Source of the DNA: Rhynchopus sp. YZ270_cl-10
Taxonomy: Eukaryota
Direction of reading: 5' to 3'
Assembly: GCA_964035575.1 (NCBI GenBank)
Contig: OZ037837.1
Location: 620,001-684,000, forward strand
DNA: 64,000 bases
Shown piece by piece: positions 47,545-60,100 of this stretch; position 1 is the first letter of the stretch; every line of letters begins with the position of its first letter. A program made the position numbers and the translations under genes. The notes under the pieces were generated by a model. That model saw only the letters and a program-made list of their open reading frames with translations, was not told where the DNA came from and searched no databases.

Positions 47545-48681
47545 TCATACGTTCCACACAGACGCGTCTTTCGCGTATTCTGCTGCAACGATGCCGTCAC
47601 CACCTCCATGCACAACGACGCCACCACAGAGGGGCAGCACTGCTGCAGCTTCGTCGCTGCAGAGCGCACGCCACTGCCCCCAGCATTCACGCCAGAGCAA
47701 CACCTCACAGGTGTTCGTCAGCGCACAGAGGAGCCCACCGTCACCATCACCACAGTCCTCCTCATAACACAGCTCTGTGAAGCAGACACCCGAGGCACCC
47801 TCTCCTGGGAGGGGTAGACGTTTTGCAGCGTCTCCGCACAGCTCTTTAAGGGTTACCTGAGCGACAGATGCGAGGGCAGCTTGGCCTGGGGATGTGAAGG
47901 TGAACGCTGTCCCTGCGTGGGTCGTCAGAGGCGCGAAGCTGTGCTCTGAAGATGAGGAGTCATAGCGGAAGACCTCCACGGTGCTGTTGCTGAGCACGCA
48001 GGCCACCTCCGCTGTGTCGTGCGCGACTCTGATACTGCGTGGCCACTCTCCACACTCTATAGACGCAAGAACACATCCCTTCTCACAATCAATACCCCGC
48101 ACCACCCCACACCGTGTCCCCTGCAGCACCACCTCCCCGCAGGATGACAGTGCAGTCGTCACCCCACCTCCCTCGACGGTCCTGTAGTGTGTCCCGTTCT
48201 CCACGTAGAGGATGGAAATCTTCGGTGTGTCCGTGGCGGTCACTGCAACGACAAAGTGTTGGGTCGCTGTGACAGTAAGGTGCACAGCGTTGCTGCTCCA
48301 GCCGCGGAGACCTGAGGTCATCTCGAATGTCTGGACGTCGTCTTCGGTGGCGACGAATAAGGTAGCATCAGGCGACAGGGATAAGGATGTGATGCGCACA
48401 CCACTGTCGTGCTGCATAGGGCATTTCCAAGGGTGCAGTGGAATGGCAAGAAGCGTGCTCCCAGAGGAGACGTCCAAATCACAAAGGGCCTCTGTGTCTG
48501 TACAGAAGGAAGGTGTATTGCCTGTATCCTGTAGGCGGTCCCGCAGCTGGACCTGGATACGGTCTGCTTGTAGGCCTAACGATTTGCATAGCAGTACCTT
48601 TACGTCAAGAACCGTAGCCTCCAGGGTAACATCAAATATGTGTTGTTCTCCGGTTGGGTTCCATTCGATGGTTACTTCCAT
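47545..48681 (-). CDS. Ubiquitin-like N-terminus + WD40-like propeller protein (378 aa)
   Basis: MEVTIEWNPTGEQHIFDVTLEATVLDVKVLL...LCDLDVSSGSTL Ubl pattern; ITSLSLSPDATL repeats; same architecture as 25711-26877. Confidence 0.75.
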   Translation of the reverse strand: MEVTIEWNPTGEQHIFDVTLEATVLDVKVLLCKSLGLQADRIQVQLRDRLQDTGNTPSFCTDTEALCDLDVSSGSTLLAIPLHPWKCPMQHDSGVRITSLSLSPDATLFVATEDDVQTFEMTSGLRGWSSNAVHLTVTATQHFVVAVTATDTPKISILYVENGTHYRTVEGGGVTTALSSCGEVVLQGTRCGVVRGIDCEKGCVLASIECGEWPRSIRVAHDTAEVACVLSNSTVEVFRYDSSSSEHSFAPLTTHAGTAFTFTSPGQAALASVAQVTLKELCGDAAKRLPLPGEGASGVCFTELCYEEDCGDGDGGLLCALTNTCEVLLWRECWGQWRALCSDEAAAVLPLCGGVVVHGGGDGIVAAEYAKDASVWNV

Positions 48682-50210
48682 AGGGGGGGGTGGGGTGGGG
48701 TGGGGTTGTGCTGGGGGGGAAAGATTTTGTTTTTGGCAAAATAAAGAAAAGTTGAGATAGATCTGATGTTTTGGTCATCTTATGATCAGATTCGTAATAC
48801 AGTTGGACAAAATAATATTGGCGACCAAAAAAAAGTCGCAAGAAAACCCCCCAAAACCCACCAATATTATTTGGTCGCCAAGTTTCTTGTCTAACTGTAT
48901 CAGCAGCGCGGGGGAGTGCAGGGGCCCCGCGTATACCATGCGCACACGGGTCGACTTATCATGGAGGGACAAAACCCCACAACGGGGAGTGCAGGGCGTT
49001 GTTGTGGGGGGTTTTTTGTCGCTCTGCAACAAAAGCTAGTTGTATTCCCAGGCAGAGAAGGTTGTTAGGAGGGTACGGTTTGCGGGTTTACGGGTTTTGA
49101 CGTCAACCTATTTGCTTGTATTGCGGGGGGCGAAAAAATGGGGGGAGAGAGAGAGAAGCGTTTTTGCATCGGAAAGGAACGCACACAGCAACATACAGAT
49201 GTATGTGGAGAGGGGAGGGGAGGGGAGAGTTGAATAGGGGGATGCACGGTGAAGTAAAAATGAGTTGACTTTTGTGGTTTTCATCCTGTTGGGTTGCAAC
49301 AGTGAAAAACCGCAACGTCGTGTCTTTTGCTTCGTTGTGTATCAAATCGTCACACCATGAATGTGGTGGGATGGGATTTTATTTCCCAACCCAACAATTG
49401 ATAAAAGCGTGAAGACAATAAAATCAAAAGTGGAATAAATTTGAGGTTTTGTGAGGCACTCAACGAGTGTGCCGGCTCTGTGGCGTCACGTAGCACGTAT
49501 GCGTCTTTTGCTTCGTTGTGTATATCACAAATGGTCACACACCATGAATGTGGGATGGGGAAAAAACGAAATACTGAAAGTTTAGCGAACGACGGATATC
49601 TTCGCCATTTTTTTTTTTTTTTTGTAGTGAGCAATTGTGTAAACGATTGCCCATGGGAACTCCCCTTCATAGGGGGGCAGAGTGAAAAGATGGGAACTGG
49701 GCCTCAGGCCACAACTATTTTTTCACAATCGAAACGCAAAAAAAGGGAGAAACAGAGTGTGGTTGAATGCAGACAGCACTGTAGGTATACAAACACTCAC
49801 CGCACAGCTGTCATTTAAAACAAAAACAACTTCTTGTACAAAAAAAAACCAAAATAATAAAAACAGAAAATAAGTGAAATAGGCTGATTGGCGTGGGCCT
49901 GGCATGCCCCATTTTTTCACTTTTTTTTTACCACCGATTTAAACCGATCACCACCAATTACCATCGAACACTAGGATAATTTCTTGGTCAGTTTTGGGGT
50001 ACAACAACGCCTATGGTAGCCTAGTTATAAATATCACCACCTAACAATTCGCCGCAAACCATAAAATGTTCGAGAGACTCTTTACGTAAAGAGAGTACCA
50101 GATAACACACACACACACATGATCTACAGACAATGTTTCGCTCTGGGACTATCCACAGTTGCTTCCAACACGAATGCTAACTCTCTCTTCTTCTGTATTT
50201 TTCTTTTCTT

Positions 50211-52037
50211 TTTTGTTTTCGTAACGCCAAACTCTTTAACCTTTTGTTTGTTTGCTTGAGCTTACCGAATCGCTCAACTGCGATGGGAAGAATCGTGCGT
50301 GTTTTGATCTCGTCACTGGAATTCTTTCAGATGGAATTCGAGATCTGAACCGCTACGATAATTTGAGAAATCCAGAAAGCTTCAGAGATAATGAAATCCC
50401 CAGGGTGGGCGCGAAAAACGGAATTCAAATTAGACTTGACTTGAAATACAACAGACCACTCGTGAACAGTGAACCATGGTATGTGACCGGCTGTACCGGG
50501 GGGTGGACTCCAACCATGCAATCCTACAATCCATTTCGTGGTTGACATCTGATATGTACTACATCGGCTTCCACTCATCAGCCAGATGAACGTATAAAAT
50601 GACGAAGCCGGTAAGCCACGAAACGAGGCATCTAGCATCCTGACATATTGAATGCCTCGACGGCCCTAATCCGTTTGAGCGCAGTCGGGGGGGGGGGGGC
50701 ATCCGTGGGAATGTCTTGCAGAGGTCACTTCACTGCTCCGGAGCAGGAAGACGTCTGCCAGTGCATAGCGGAACACGGAGTCGTGAAGAGATGGATTTCG
50801 ATCTCTCCGTAAAGAAAAAATCTTGTGTCACGCACAGCAGAAAAGAAACGGAGCCCGACGAAGTTCTAGCAGCGAACGCAGCTCTCATTTAAGCGACCAC
50901 GCGACCGAGGGGAATGCTGAAGAGCGGGGCCTTCTACCCAGAGAAAGCACTCTACAGCTAGCCTCTGGCCGGCCTGCATTAGGACACTCTTACCTTTCCG
51001 GTTGATCTTAACCGCAGGGATTATGATGACAACCTCTTAGAAGAAGCCTCATCACTCCCTCTTGTCCGTGCAGACTGGATTCGCTCACACCCCATAGCTT
51101 CGGGTCTGCGGGTCCTTCTAAACAACTCAGTATTCCTCCTTTGGGTCTTTCTCGCAAAGCATTGGAATGAGCCACAATGGAATGCACCGTATGGGTTACT
51201 ACCGGTTGGAGTGTTTTAGCGAAGGCCACTGAACTCTGGAGTATAAAGGAGCTATGAAGAACTGCGGTCATGGCAAACTTAGTCAGGGTCGCGGTCCTGT
51301 ATAAAGGGGTTCTTGCCTGCCGGCATCAGCGGAACCACAAGCACAGTAGGAATGACGTGCCTCTCAAGACGTGATGTAGAAAGAAAGTGGTTCGTTTTCT
51401 TAGAGACCTTACCAAAGGCAAGTAAACACGACGCATGCGACAGCAACATAGACCTTTGCCCATCTGCGCCTTCTTTTCAACTAAGCCGCCATCACCTAGC
51501 GCCTTCGCCATACTGCTAAGCTACTCAAGAACAAGAACGCAGTGCTCAGACGATACCTATCCAAACCCTCTGGCGATACCTTGCCTCTGCACTTCGTAGG
51601 TGTGGTCGGTCAGCAACTAGCAGTCACGCATCTCGGGGAGGAGTGCAAGCCGACCATCAGTGATCAGCCAGTGCACATAGCCTCGAAGTAGCGCATCACC
51701 TCCAGGTAGATCGTGGTAAGGACCGCCTGCTCCTGTGGCGGCAGTGATGTGGACTGCGCAAAACCCGACTGCCACACATTCACGAGCTGTGGAAGAAGAG
51801 GTGTCGGCATCTTATCCGTGCACCCTAGATGAACGCGCCACCCTACAGTAGGGACGAATGTGAAGTGAAGCTGTGGCCAGAAAGTTGTGTGACGTTGACA
51901 GAGAAGACGTGGAGAAGCGCTGCAACAGGGCACAGGCGGCGTGCATGACTGAGGCGTCCTGAGAGAAGGATTGATATTGCAAGCCTTTGATCGGATGGCA
52001 AACGTTCTCTTCTTACACACACAGTACGAAAAACACC

Positions 52038-52068
<31 letters not shown>

Positions 52069-55000
52069 TCCTACAGCGACGGGTAGAATCTTGCACCCAG
52101 GGATCAGCCTCACCACGAGACGTCCATTGCTAGGCTGTGTCGTTTGGGTAGGCACATGGAGAAGGAGGGCTTACGCAGGTTGGTACATGGTCCAGCTAAA
52201 CACCCGCACAGCGTCCAAACTCAGCGAAGACTGCGGAGTATACCGTCAGCACCTGCGCTGACGACCAGCCGTACACGAGGATGGACAGCGTGGTGTTCAT
52301 CATCACTATGAATACGCCCAGTGCAAACGACCTCTACGGCGCCGAGCGGGGGTCTCCGTCCCGACTGTCTGGCACCCGTCCCGCAGGTCATCTTAAGCAG
52401 TGTAGGCCAGGTGCGAGGATGGAAGCCAGCGTTGCCGTCAAGGTATATAACGAGCGTTGACCACCCACAAGATCACTATGAAGTGCAGGAGGAAGCGGTG
52501 AGGTGCATGGAGGGCAGATGAAGAGAGGGCAGACATAACGACCTAGTCAGGGAGGGTGTGCCCAGCAACTAAGGGAATAACGACGGTGTCCGTCATTCCC
52601 AAGACAGTGTCGCAGGCCGAAGCTACAAGGCCTTGGTGTCATTGCGTGACTGCCCCACGAGGGCTGCAAGGATAAACGTGAACCACGATACCGTAGAGAG
52701 TTACTCAGGAGCGGGTGGGTGGGAGAAAATTTTAATGTCATGGTCACGTTTGCATAACATCAGAAATCATATCGCATGATTTTGGAATCGGTTGCAGAAA
52801 TCATCTCTCATGATTTCTGAATCGGTTGCAGAGTTGGCTAGCCGAAAACAAAAAGGCTGATATTTGGTTGCACAAAATATAATCCTTCTTTTGTTTTCGT
52901 AACGCCAAACTCTTTAACCTTTTGTTTGTTTGCTTGAGCTTACCGAATCGCTCAACTGCGATGGGAAGAATCGTGCGTGTTTTGATCTCGTCACTGGAAT
53001 TCTTTCAGATGGAATTCGAGATCTGAACCGCTACGATAATTTGAGAAATCCAGAAAGCTTCAGAGATAATGAAATCCCCAACGCAGATCTCTGGCTTTCA
53101 TATCCCAACGCAGGTGAGGAGTTCATCGGGATGAAGAAGGACGAGAACGACGGAACCATGATGTCAGGGAGAGCTCTGCGCGGCAAGGGTTCGTGTCATA
53201 CTTAACGTTGAAGTCTAGCGTATCGCACACAAGCTCATGCAGCTGTACGACGCGTCGAGCCACACCCAATATCACACGTACAGCCAGCCACCACCGCCGA
53301 CGCCCACATTGATAGTCGTCGTTGAACACACCACCAGCTTCCCAGACCTGCCGCTCGGCACGCAGAAGGCATTCGGCTCAGAAGGATTCTCGCCCAGCAT
53401 CAGATTCATGGAGTGCCCTCCACCGGCTCACAAGCGACCACAGCCACATCACCGTTGTAGGCCCGGAAAGTGCGGAAGTCCAAGCGGTGCACCACAGTCC
53501 CAAACACAGACACGACATCGGTTCACGGTCTCAGCTTAGTGTCGTTAAACATGCCAGAGTAATTCGATGTCCAGACATTGTGACACAGAGGTACCCACCA
53601 CATCGGCCAGAACAGCACGCGTCGCTGCCAAGGTCCGTGCTGCCTCCATCCGTAGTCAGGATCGCTCTGGCGGGTCGTCTGGAGGATGATATGAAACAGC
53701 CACGGCCTGGAGTGTCGTGTGTCCACCTTGCAAGGTGGCTGGTCACGCGCCAGTCGATGTTCCATACACCACTCTAGGCTGACGCAGTCACTGGCGGCGG
53801 AGCGACATAACCCAGCGGCACTGCAGGTCGTGCACGCCTACGGCATCGTCGTGGTGCTCGTCGCACGAGGTACAGAGAAGATGAAGTCGTAGCTGGGGAA
53901 GTAGCACTCGGTCGCAGACGCAGTCTTGCTGGTCCCAGGGGCGGACGCCGTGCCCACATTATCACGCAGCCTGGGTCGCGGGCGGTGGCGCATAAGGTTG
54001 ACGCTGTAGGGACCCCACCACGTCCGTGGGTACGAAGATGGTCCGCGAGAGCGGGACGACAAACCAATCACACTTGAAAAAGAGTAACGCCGGACATCGC
54101 AGGAGGAGAAAGACTGAACCGACAACGTTGCGAGACCCGCAAACCCGCAAAGCCTCTATTCATACATCAGGCATGTAGGTATAGAAGTCATGTATACCCT
54201 GATGGACAGGCAGGGAATGCGCAAGGGGGGCCTTGCAAAATTGAATGTGCTGTTGGAGAACTTTTCGAGACACTGCAGCACTGTGTGGATTAGATTGAGG
54301 TTGCTGCTGGGGTATTGTACTCGGCGCAACAGTTTTCTCATGACAGCCAGGGACAGAATAACAGGAACGTCCGTCCATGCATCTCAGAGAAATCAAAACT
54401 GTACAAAAGGGGGCGCTCCACACCAGGAGTGTTTCCGACAGCTCCAAGAAGGAAGAGTACCTTGTTACAAACAACCAAGACAACCTCGCAGGTCAGAGTT
54501 CCTATCACACGCAGGCAGCCATGCGAATAGATTCACTCTAATTTGATACTCAAAACCACCCAGCACACTCTCGGGTCGGTCAGAGCTCTACTCACACGCA
54601 GACATTGAAAACCGAGAGGAGGAGTCTGCAGACACCACACACAAGCTGTCCACAAACCAATCCAACAGCACTGCATGACTGTGATAAACGTGACGTGAAA
54701 TACAAAGCCCTCCCGTGGCAGTGTACCACTACAGATCATAAGAGGAACGCACTCCTCCCGTACATCTCCACCTTCGACACAAGATAACACATCACACATA
54801 TACCACAGACCCGACAGACGTAACAGAGACTGGAGAGAAAGAGGCGAACAAGATGAGGCATGAAAGGAAGGGGAACGAAGAAGAGGAAGGACGCTACCTT
54901 AAACCAAGCAGATAGGAAGCTAGCACCACATCACTGAGACACGAGTAAGTCGGATGAGCCAGGACTCTCACGCTTGGTCAGCATCAACAGTAAGTAACAG

Positions 55001-56532
55001 TACTAGCGTCTGAGGGAAAAGACTCAAGACACACTACCACAAACCACTGAGACAGATCAGTCTGAGTTAGAGAACGGCTTGCAAGGCAAACCCAGCCTCA
55101 CGTGCAAAGTCGCCTTTAAGCTCAGCGAAAGGTACAACTTCATACAGACAGACAGACCATTGTGTGGAGGTGACTGATTCCCAAACCAGCCATGCAGCAG
55201 TGCACAGGTAAGGGTGCTCTAGTCAACACAGGGAGTCAGACCACAGTGAGGAAAACCTGAAGACAAAATCTTATAAACCACTGAAACAGCACTGATTGAT
55301 AAAGAGAAAATATTGAAAAGGCAAAAGCCAGACTCTCGTGCCTAGACACCTTCAAAAAAAAAATTAAGTGAGAGCTCCCAAACAGACACCTGAGGAAAAA
55401 ACCGAGGTCACACTATCACACACCACTGCAACAGCACAGTATGAGATTAGAGAAAAGAGTGTAAGATAGAGCCAAGCCTCTCGTGCTTAGTCATCCTTAA
55501 AATGAGAATTCACACAGCTAGTCTTACCTCCCAAGGCGTCCACACAGGCAGAAAACGCACAAACAACAATAAAAGCTTATCTCATGCTGCCGGAGCACAC
55601 TGAGTTCCACACCTGCGACATGGGTGGCACTATGCTGCCTGACTGCTCCCTTGGCACACCACTTCAGTACTGCAACACCCAGACAGTCATGCGAACAGAG
55701 AGGAAGTGTCTGAAAAACCCAGGCAGACCTAGTGCAAGAGTGGTTAGTTATAGCAGTAGCAGTAGCAGTAGCAGTAGCAGTAGCAGTAGCAGTAGCAGTA
55801 GCAGTAGCAGTAGCAGTAGCAGTAGCAGTAGCAGTAGCAGTAGCAGTAGCAGTAGCAGTAGCAGTAGCAGTAGCAGTAGCAGTAGCAGTAGCAGTAGCAG
55901 TAGCAGTAGCAGTAGCAGTAGCAGTAGCAGTAGCAGTAGCAGTAGCAGTAGCAGTAGCAGTAGCAGTAGCAGTAGCAGTAGCAGTAGCAGTAGCAGTAGC
56001 AGTAGCAGTAGCAGTAGCAGTAGCAGTAGCAGTAGCAGTAGCAGTAGCAGTAGCAGTAGCAGTAGCAGTAGCAGTAGCAGTAGCAGTAGTCATCCAGTGA
56101 TCTAAACCAGATGCTCACTCAGGCAGACCTAGTGCAAGAGTGGTTATTGTAGCAGTAGCAGTAGCAGTAGTCATCCAGTGATCTAAACCAGGCTCACTCA
56201 GGCAGACCTAGTGCAAGAGTGGTTATTGTAGCAGTAGCAGTAGCAGTAGTCATCCGGTGATCTAAACCAGGCTCACTCAGGCAGACCTAGTGCAAGAGTG
56301 GTTATTGTAGCAGTAGCAGTAGCAGTAGTCATCCAGTGATCTAAACCAGATGCTCACTCAGGGAGAAAATTTTAATGTCATGGTCACGTTTGCATAACAT
56401 CAGAAATCATATCGCATGATTTTGGAATCGGTTGCAGAAATCATCTCTCATGATTTCTGAATCGGTTGCAGAGTTGGCTAGCCGAAAACAAAAAGGCTGA
56501 TATTTGGTTGCACAAAATATAATCCTTCTTTT
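50211..56532 (+). mobile_element. Non-coding split-direct-repeat module X-cargo1-Y/X-cargo2-Y
   Basis: X (192 bp) at 50211-50402 = 52889-53080; Y (172 bp) at 52721-52892 = 56361-56532; Y and X overlap at TTTT and both outer ends lie in T-runs. Confidence 0.75.
55720..56360. repeat. Four-unit ~79-bp minisatellite; first unit carries a (TAGCAG)56 expansion
   Basis: Units start caggcagacctagtgcaagag at 55720, 56120, 56199, 56278; units 2-4 have 3 hexamers, unit 1 has hexamers across 55751-56086. Confidence 0.95.
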
Positions 56533-57187
56533 TTTTTTTTGTCACGATATTATACACATACACAAGGTCCCAACCATCACCTTTTTCGTTTGATGCAATC
56601 CTTCTTTGAATAACGACACTCACAAATCCACAATCGCACGAAAGCACCGTAAGTAATAGTAGATGTGTATTCAATGTTGGCTGAAACCTTTTTTTTCTCC
56701 ACCGATTTTGCCCCCTGAAAGCACGCACAAAAAATCAAAAAATAACAACTGACCAGGGAAATAGCTCCATATACCGAATTATGCGACATCGCATAATTCT
56801 GGATTTTTTGGGAAAAAATGAAATACTCCCCCTTCTTTATTTATTCGTTGTTTGTTGTTTGTTGATCGCATCCATCCTCGTCCGTACTTCAGGAAAAGCA
56901 CACAGCACTTTTGGTGGTATTGAAATGCCCTGTGAAACCGTCCGCACTTTTTTTTTTTTTTTTTTTTTTTCAAACCCCAAAAGTCCCGAAAACCCCGAAA
57001 AACCCGCGTCCTGAAGTACGGTGGAGAGGTGGAGCACAAGGGGGGAAGGGGAAAACGGTAAAACTCATGACAATCGACGAGCGCGTCTTTCATTTCCAGA
57101 CGTATTGCATACTCGTACAAAATGAAATACTCCCCCTTCTTTATTTATTCGTTGTTTGTTGTTTGTTGATCGCATCCATCAGGACCC

Positions 57188-60100
57188 TTAATAGGGACGC
57201 GCAGCGCTCTCGAAGAGAGAAGTGATCGCCTGTAGCTGCTCATTTGTCTTCGCTTTGTCTCCTCTGGTGAATCGGTCCGCTCTCTGCTGTTTTGTCCCCA
57301 CGTGAGCGCACCTCAGGGTCATCCCGTTCTGCTTTGCCGCCGCAAACATCTCCGACAGAATGGCGTTCGCCGCAAAGTTGCTGCTGTGTCCCCGCTCAAT
57401 GCAGAAGACGGCAGACAAGTTGTCGACCTTCATGTGTACAGTGCATGCGCTGGTGTATTTTGCCGCCAATAGCACAGACTTAGCTGCCGCATACAGCTCC
57501 TTCAAGAAGATTGAGGTTTCCTCGTGACCTGCGCCGAACGTTCCCTGCGCAACCTTCTCGTCTTCGTCGTCTTCCAGGATTGCTGCCCACTCTGCTTTTG
57601 AAGCGTCTGACCACACTGTGATTGCTTTGGTGGGGGGTTGTAGGATCCAGCTGTTTGTCGTCATCAATGATATCCGCTTTCGCACTTCAAAAATCACACT
57701 GGGAGGTACTTCGACATGTATGTCCCACAAAAGAACGTTCTGTAGTGTCTTCGAAGCCAGGTTTTGCACGAAGGTGATGGCTGCTGGTAAAGTGCACAGT
57801 GGTGTGTGTGTTGTGTACGAATGCCACACTATGCATCCAAAAACTACGTAGAACTGGCGTGGTGTCAGCTTCCCGGTGCGCAGCGCGGCCAGTTCATCCT
57901 TCTGCACAAACTTTTCGAGCCATGCCGGTTCGGATCGAAATGTGTGTTTCTCCAAGTTAAATTCCACTCCGAATACGCAGAACTGTTGTGTAGGGGTACC
58001 ATACGTCGGATCGTCCATGTTGAGCTCGACGTTTGCTTTGTCGCATCGTTCGCAGAATGACGAAAATTGTGCCACCGCTTCCTCTCGGGATTGTTGTATG
58101 ACGATGAAGTTGTCTATCCAGCAGATACCAAACTCTTCGGGCAGTAGTACACGCGAGCAGCGTTGTGCAATCGCTGGAGCGAACGACCAACCCATCGCCA
58201 AGCAATTTAACACTGTCCTAGTGAACTGTCCCCGTTCTCCTGCGGTGTTGACACCAAAAAACGGTCGGATGCTTTGGTCTACTTCGATTTGGTAGAACCA
58301 ACTTCTAGCGTCGGACAGAACGACCCAATTGCTGTTCACTATTCTGTGGATAACAGCCGTGATGTGCGGCAGTCTCATCTGCGGTGGCGGACCCATCGAC
58401 CTGTTCAGCTTTCTGCCATCCACCACGAATCGTAAACCCCCCGACTTTTTCTCCACAGTGAAGGCATGCAGAATCACTTCTTGGGGTGCAGAAGTTCGCG
58501 ACAGGACGCCGAAATCGATGAGGGTATCCAGATGTTGAGCCATGTGACGCGAGGTACCTCTCCTTATCCCTGCTTGCTTGTCCCAACCCTCCTTCAGGTG
58601 TGATACGAACGTTTCTCTCTTGCGGATGATCTGCAGAATGTCTTCCAGCTCGTTCTCCTTGTCGAGGCTCTCCAGTGTGTCTAAGCAGATGCGTCCTCTC
58701 GATATCGCAGCAATGTAGTCCTGGTCGGTTCCTCCTGCACGCGCCTCGGCGGGAGGACGAATGTTCGTGGCGCTGCTTCGTACACATAGCGAGTTGTCGT
58801 ACAGGCTCAGAAGCCCCGCATCCTCAGACGGTGATTGTGAGTCCTCCAATATGGTTTGTATGAAAGTTTGTTCTGAATCTGCAGGTAAATCGTCGGATGG
58901 TCCTTCTTTGTTGTAGACGGGTATAGGGTCGTGGTCGTAACTTCTTGGGTATTTTGGTATTTTTAAAGCCTGCGGGATAGGTGCTTCATGCACGAATTTC
59001 AGTCGTTTAGGTGCAGGGGCTTCGATAGCAGAGTCGTCTGCTCGACCCGTTGCAGACCTCCTTTCGGCAAGTAGCGGATGAGACCTTCCACCGTGTCGTG
59101 TCGCGTGATCATCTGGATCTGTTCCAACGGTACCCTCTTGTTGTTGAGATGGTGCGCCGCTCCTCGCCTTAGGGAGTGAGGGGTGAGGTTCTGATTTACT
59201 CTTTTCAACGATTTGCCTATTGTCCTGTAAGAGAGGTCTTTGAATAGTCGGTCGGAGCCCTTCGATTTTTTCATCTGACCCTTTAAAGCTTTCAACATCG
59301 ACGGAGCCATATCCATTCCTGTGTGTTTCCCGAGGCGGAAAGGGTCTGACTTCGTGTCGACCCAGTGGACCCCAATCTGTGCAGTATGGTCGTTCATCGA
59401 AATTTCTTCTGCTTTGAGGCCCAACACGTCTGAGCATCGTGCTGCCCCTTGCCACATCATCGTCAACGCCAGCTTCAGCGATGGGTTTTTGGCTAAAGAT
59501 ATAGCCTTGCGTATCTCCTCTGTTGTCGCCGGAGGTGCTTGGGTCGTCGGCTTCAGCGCTCCCAATCTCCTCAGTGCCCGTTGGTAGTCGGCCAACAGTT
59601 GCGAACCTTCGGTTTTCGTATTCGTCATTCGTTTCAGCGCTGCCGACGCTACGATTGAGGTTTGTAACGCTGCTGATGGAAGCATGTTTTCCATTGTTCG
59701 CTTCTTCTCTAACCACAGAATGATCGCCTCGTCGTACCCTAACTCTGTCTTCATGTGTTGCTCCCAATTTGTTTTGAACTCGTTCAGACGGCGCCACACG
59801 CTTCGCAGCTCCCCCATGTACGACCCCGATAACGCCTGTGACAGAGTGTGCTGCGCCTTCGCCATGACCAGTCGAGCTTGTTCTGCGGTGAGTGGCATTT
59901 CCTTCTGTCGTGGACGTCCGAGGTGCGAAGGAGGTCTTTCTACCAGCAAAGCGCTCAGGCTGAGGTTCTGCAGGGGCGGCGCGGCCCCTGAATTGTCTCC
60001 TCGTTTGTTGGCTGATGGCTTCACTTTTGTCTCCTTTATTGTCGGCAAACAGTCGCGAATTGTCTCCTCGTTTGTCGTATTTAGAATTGTCTCCTCTTTT

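Noticed and set aside
55524..56118. Poly-Ser, poly-TA, poly-VA and poly-CY ORFs
   Set aside because: Produced by the stop-poor hexamer microsatellite
56877..57190. Hammerhead ribozyme in the element terminus
   Set aside because: No CUGANGA core with properly placed GAAA and stems on either strand
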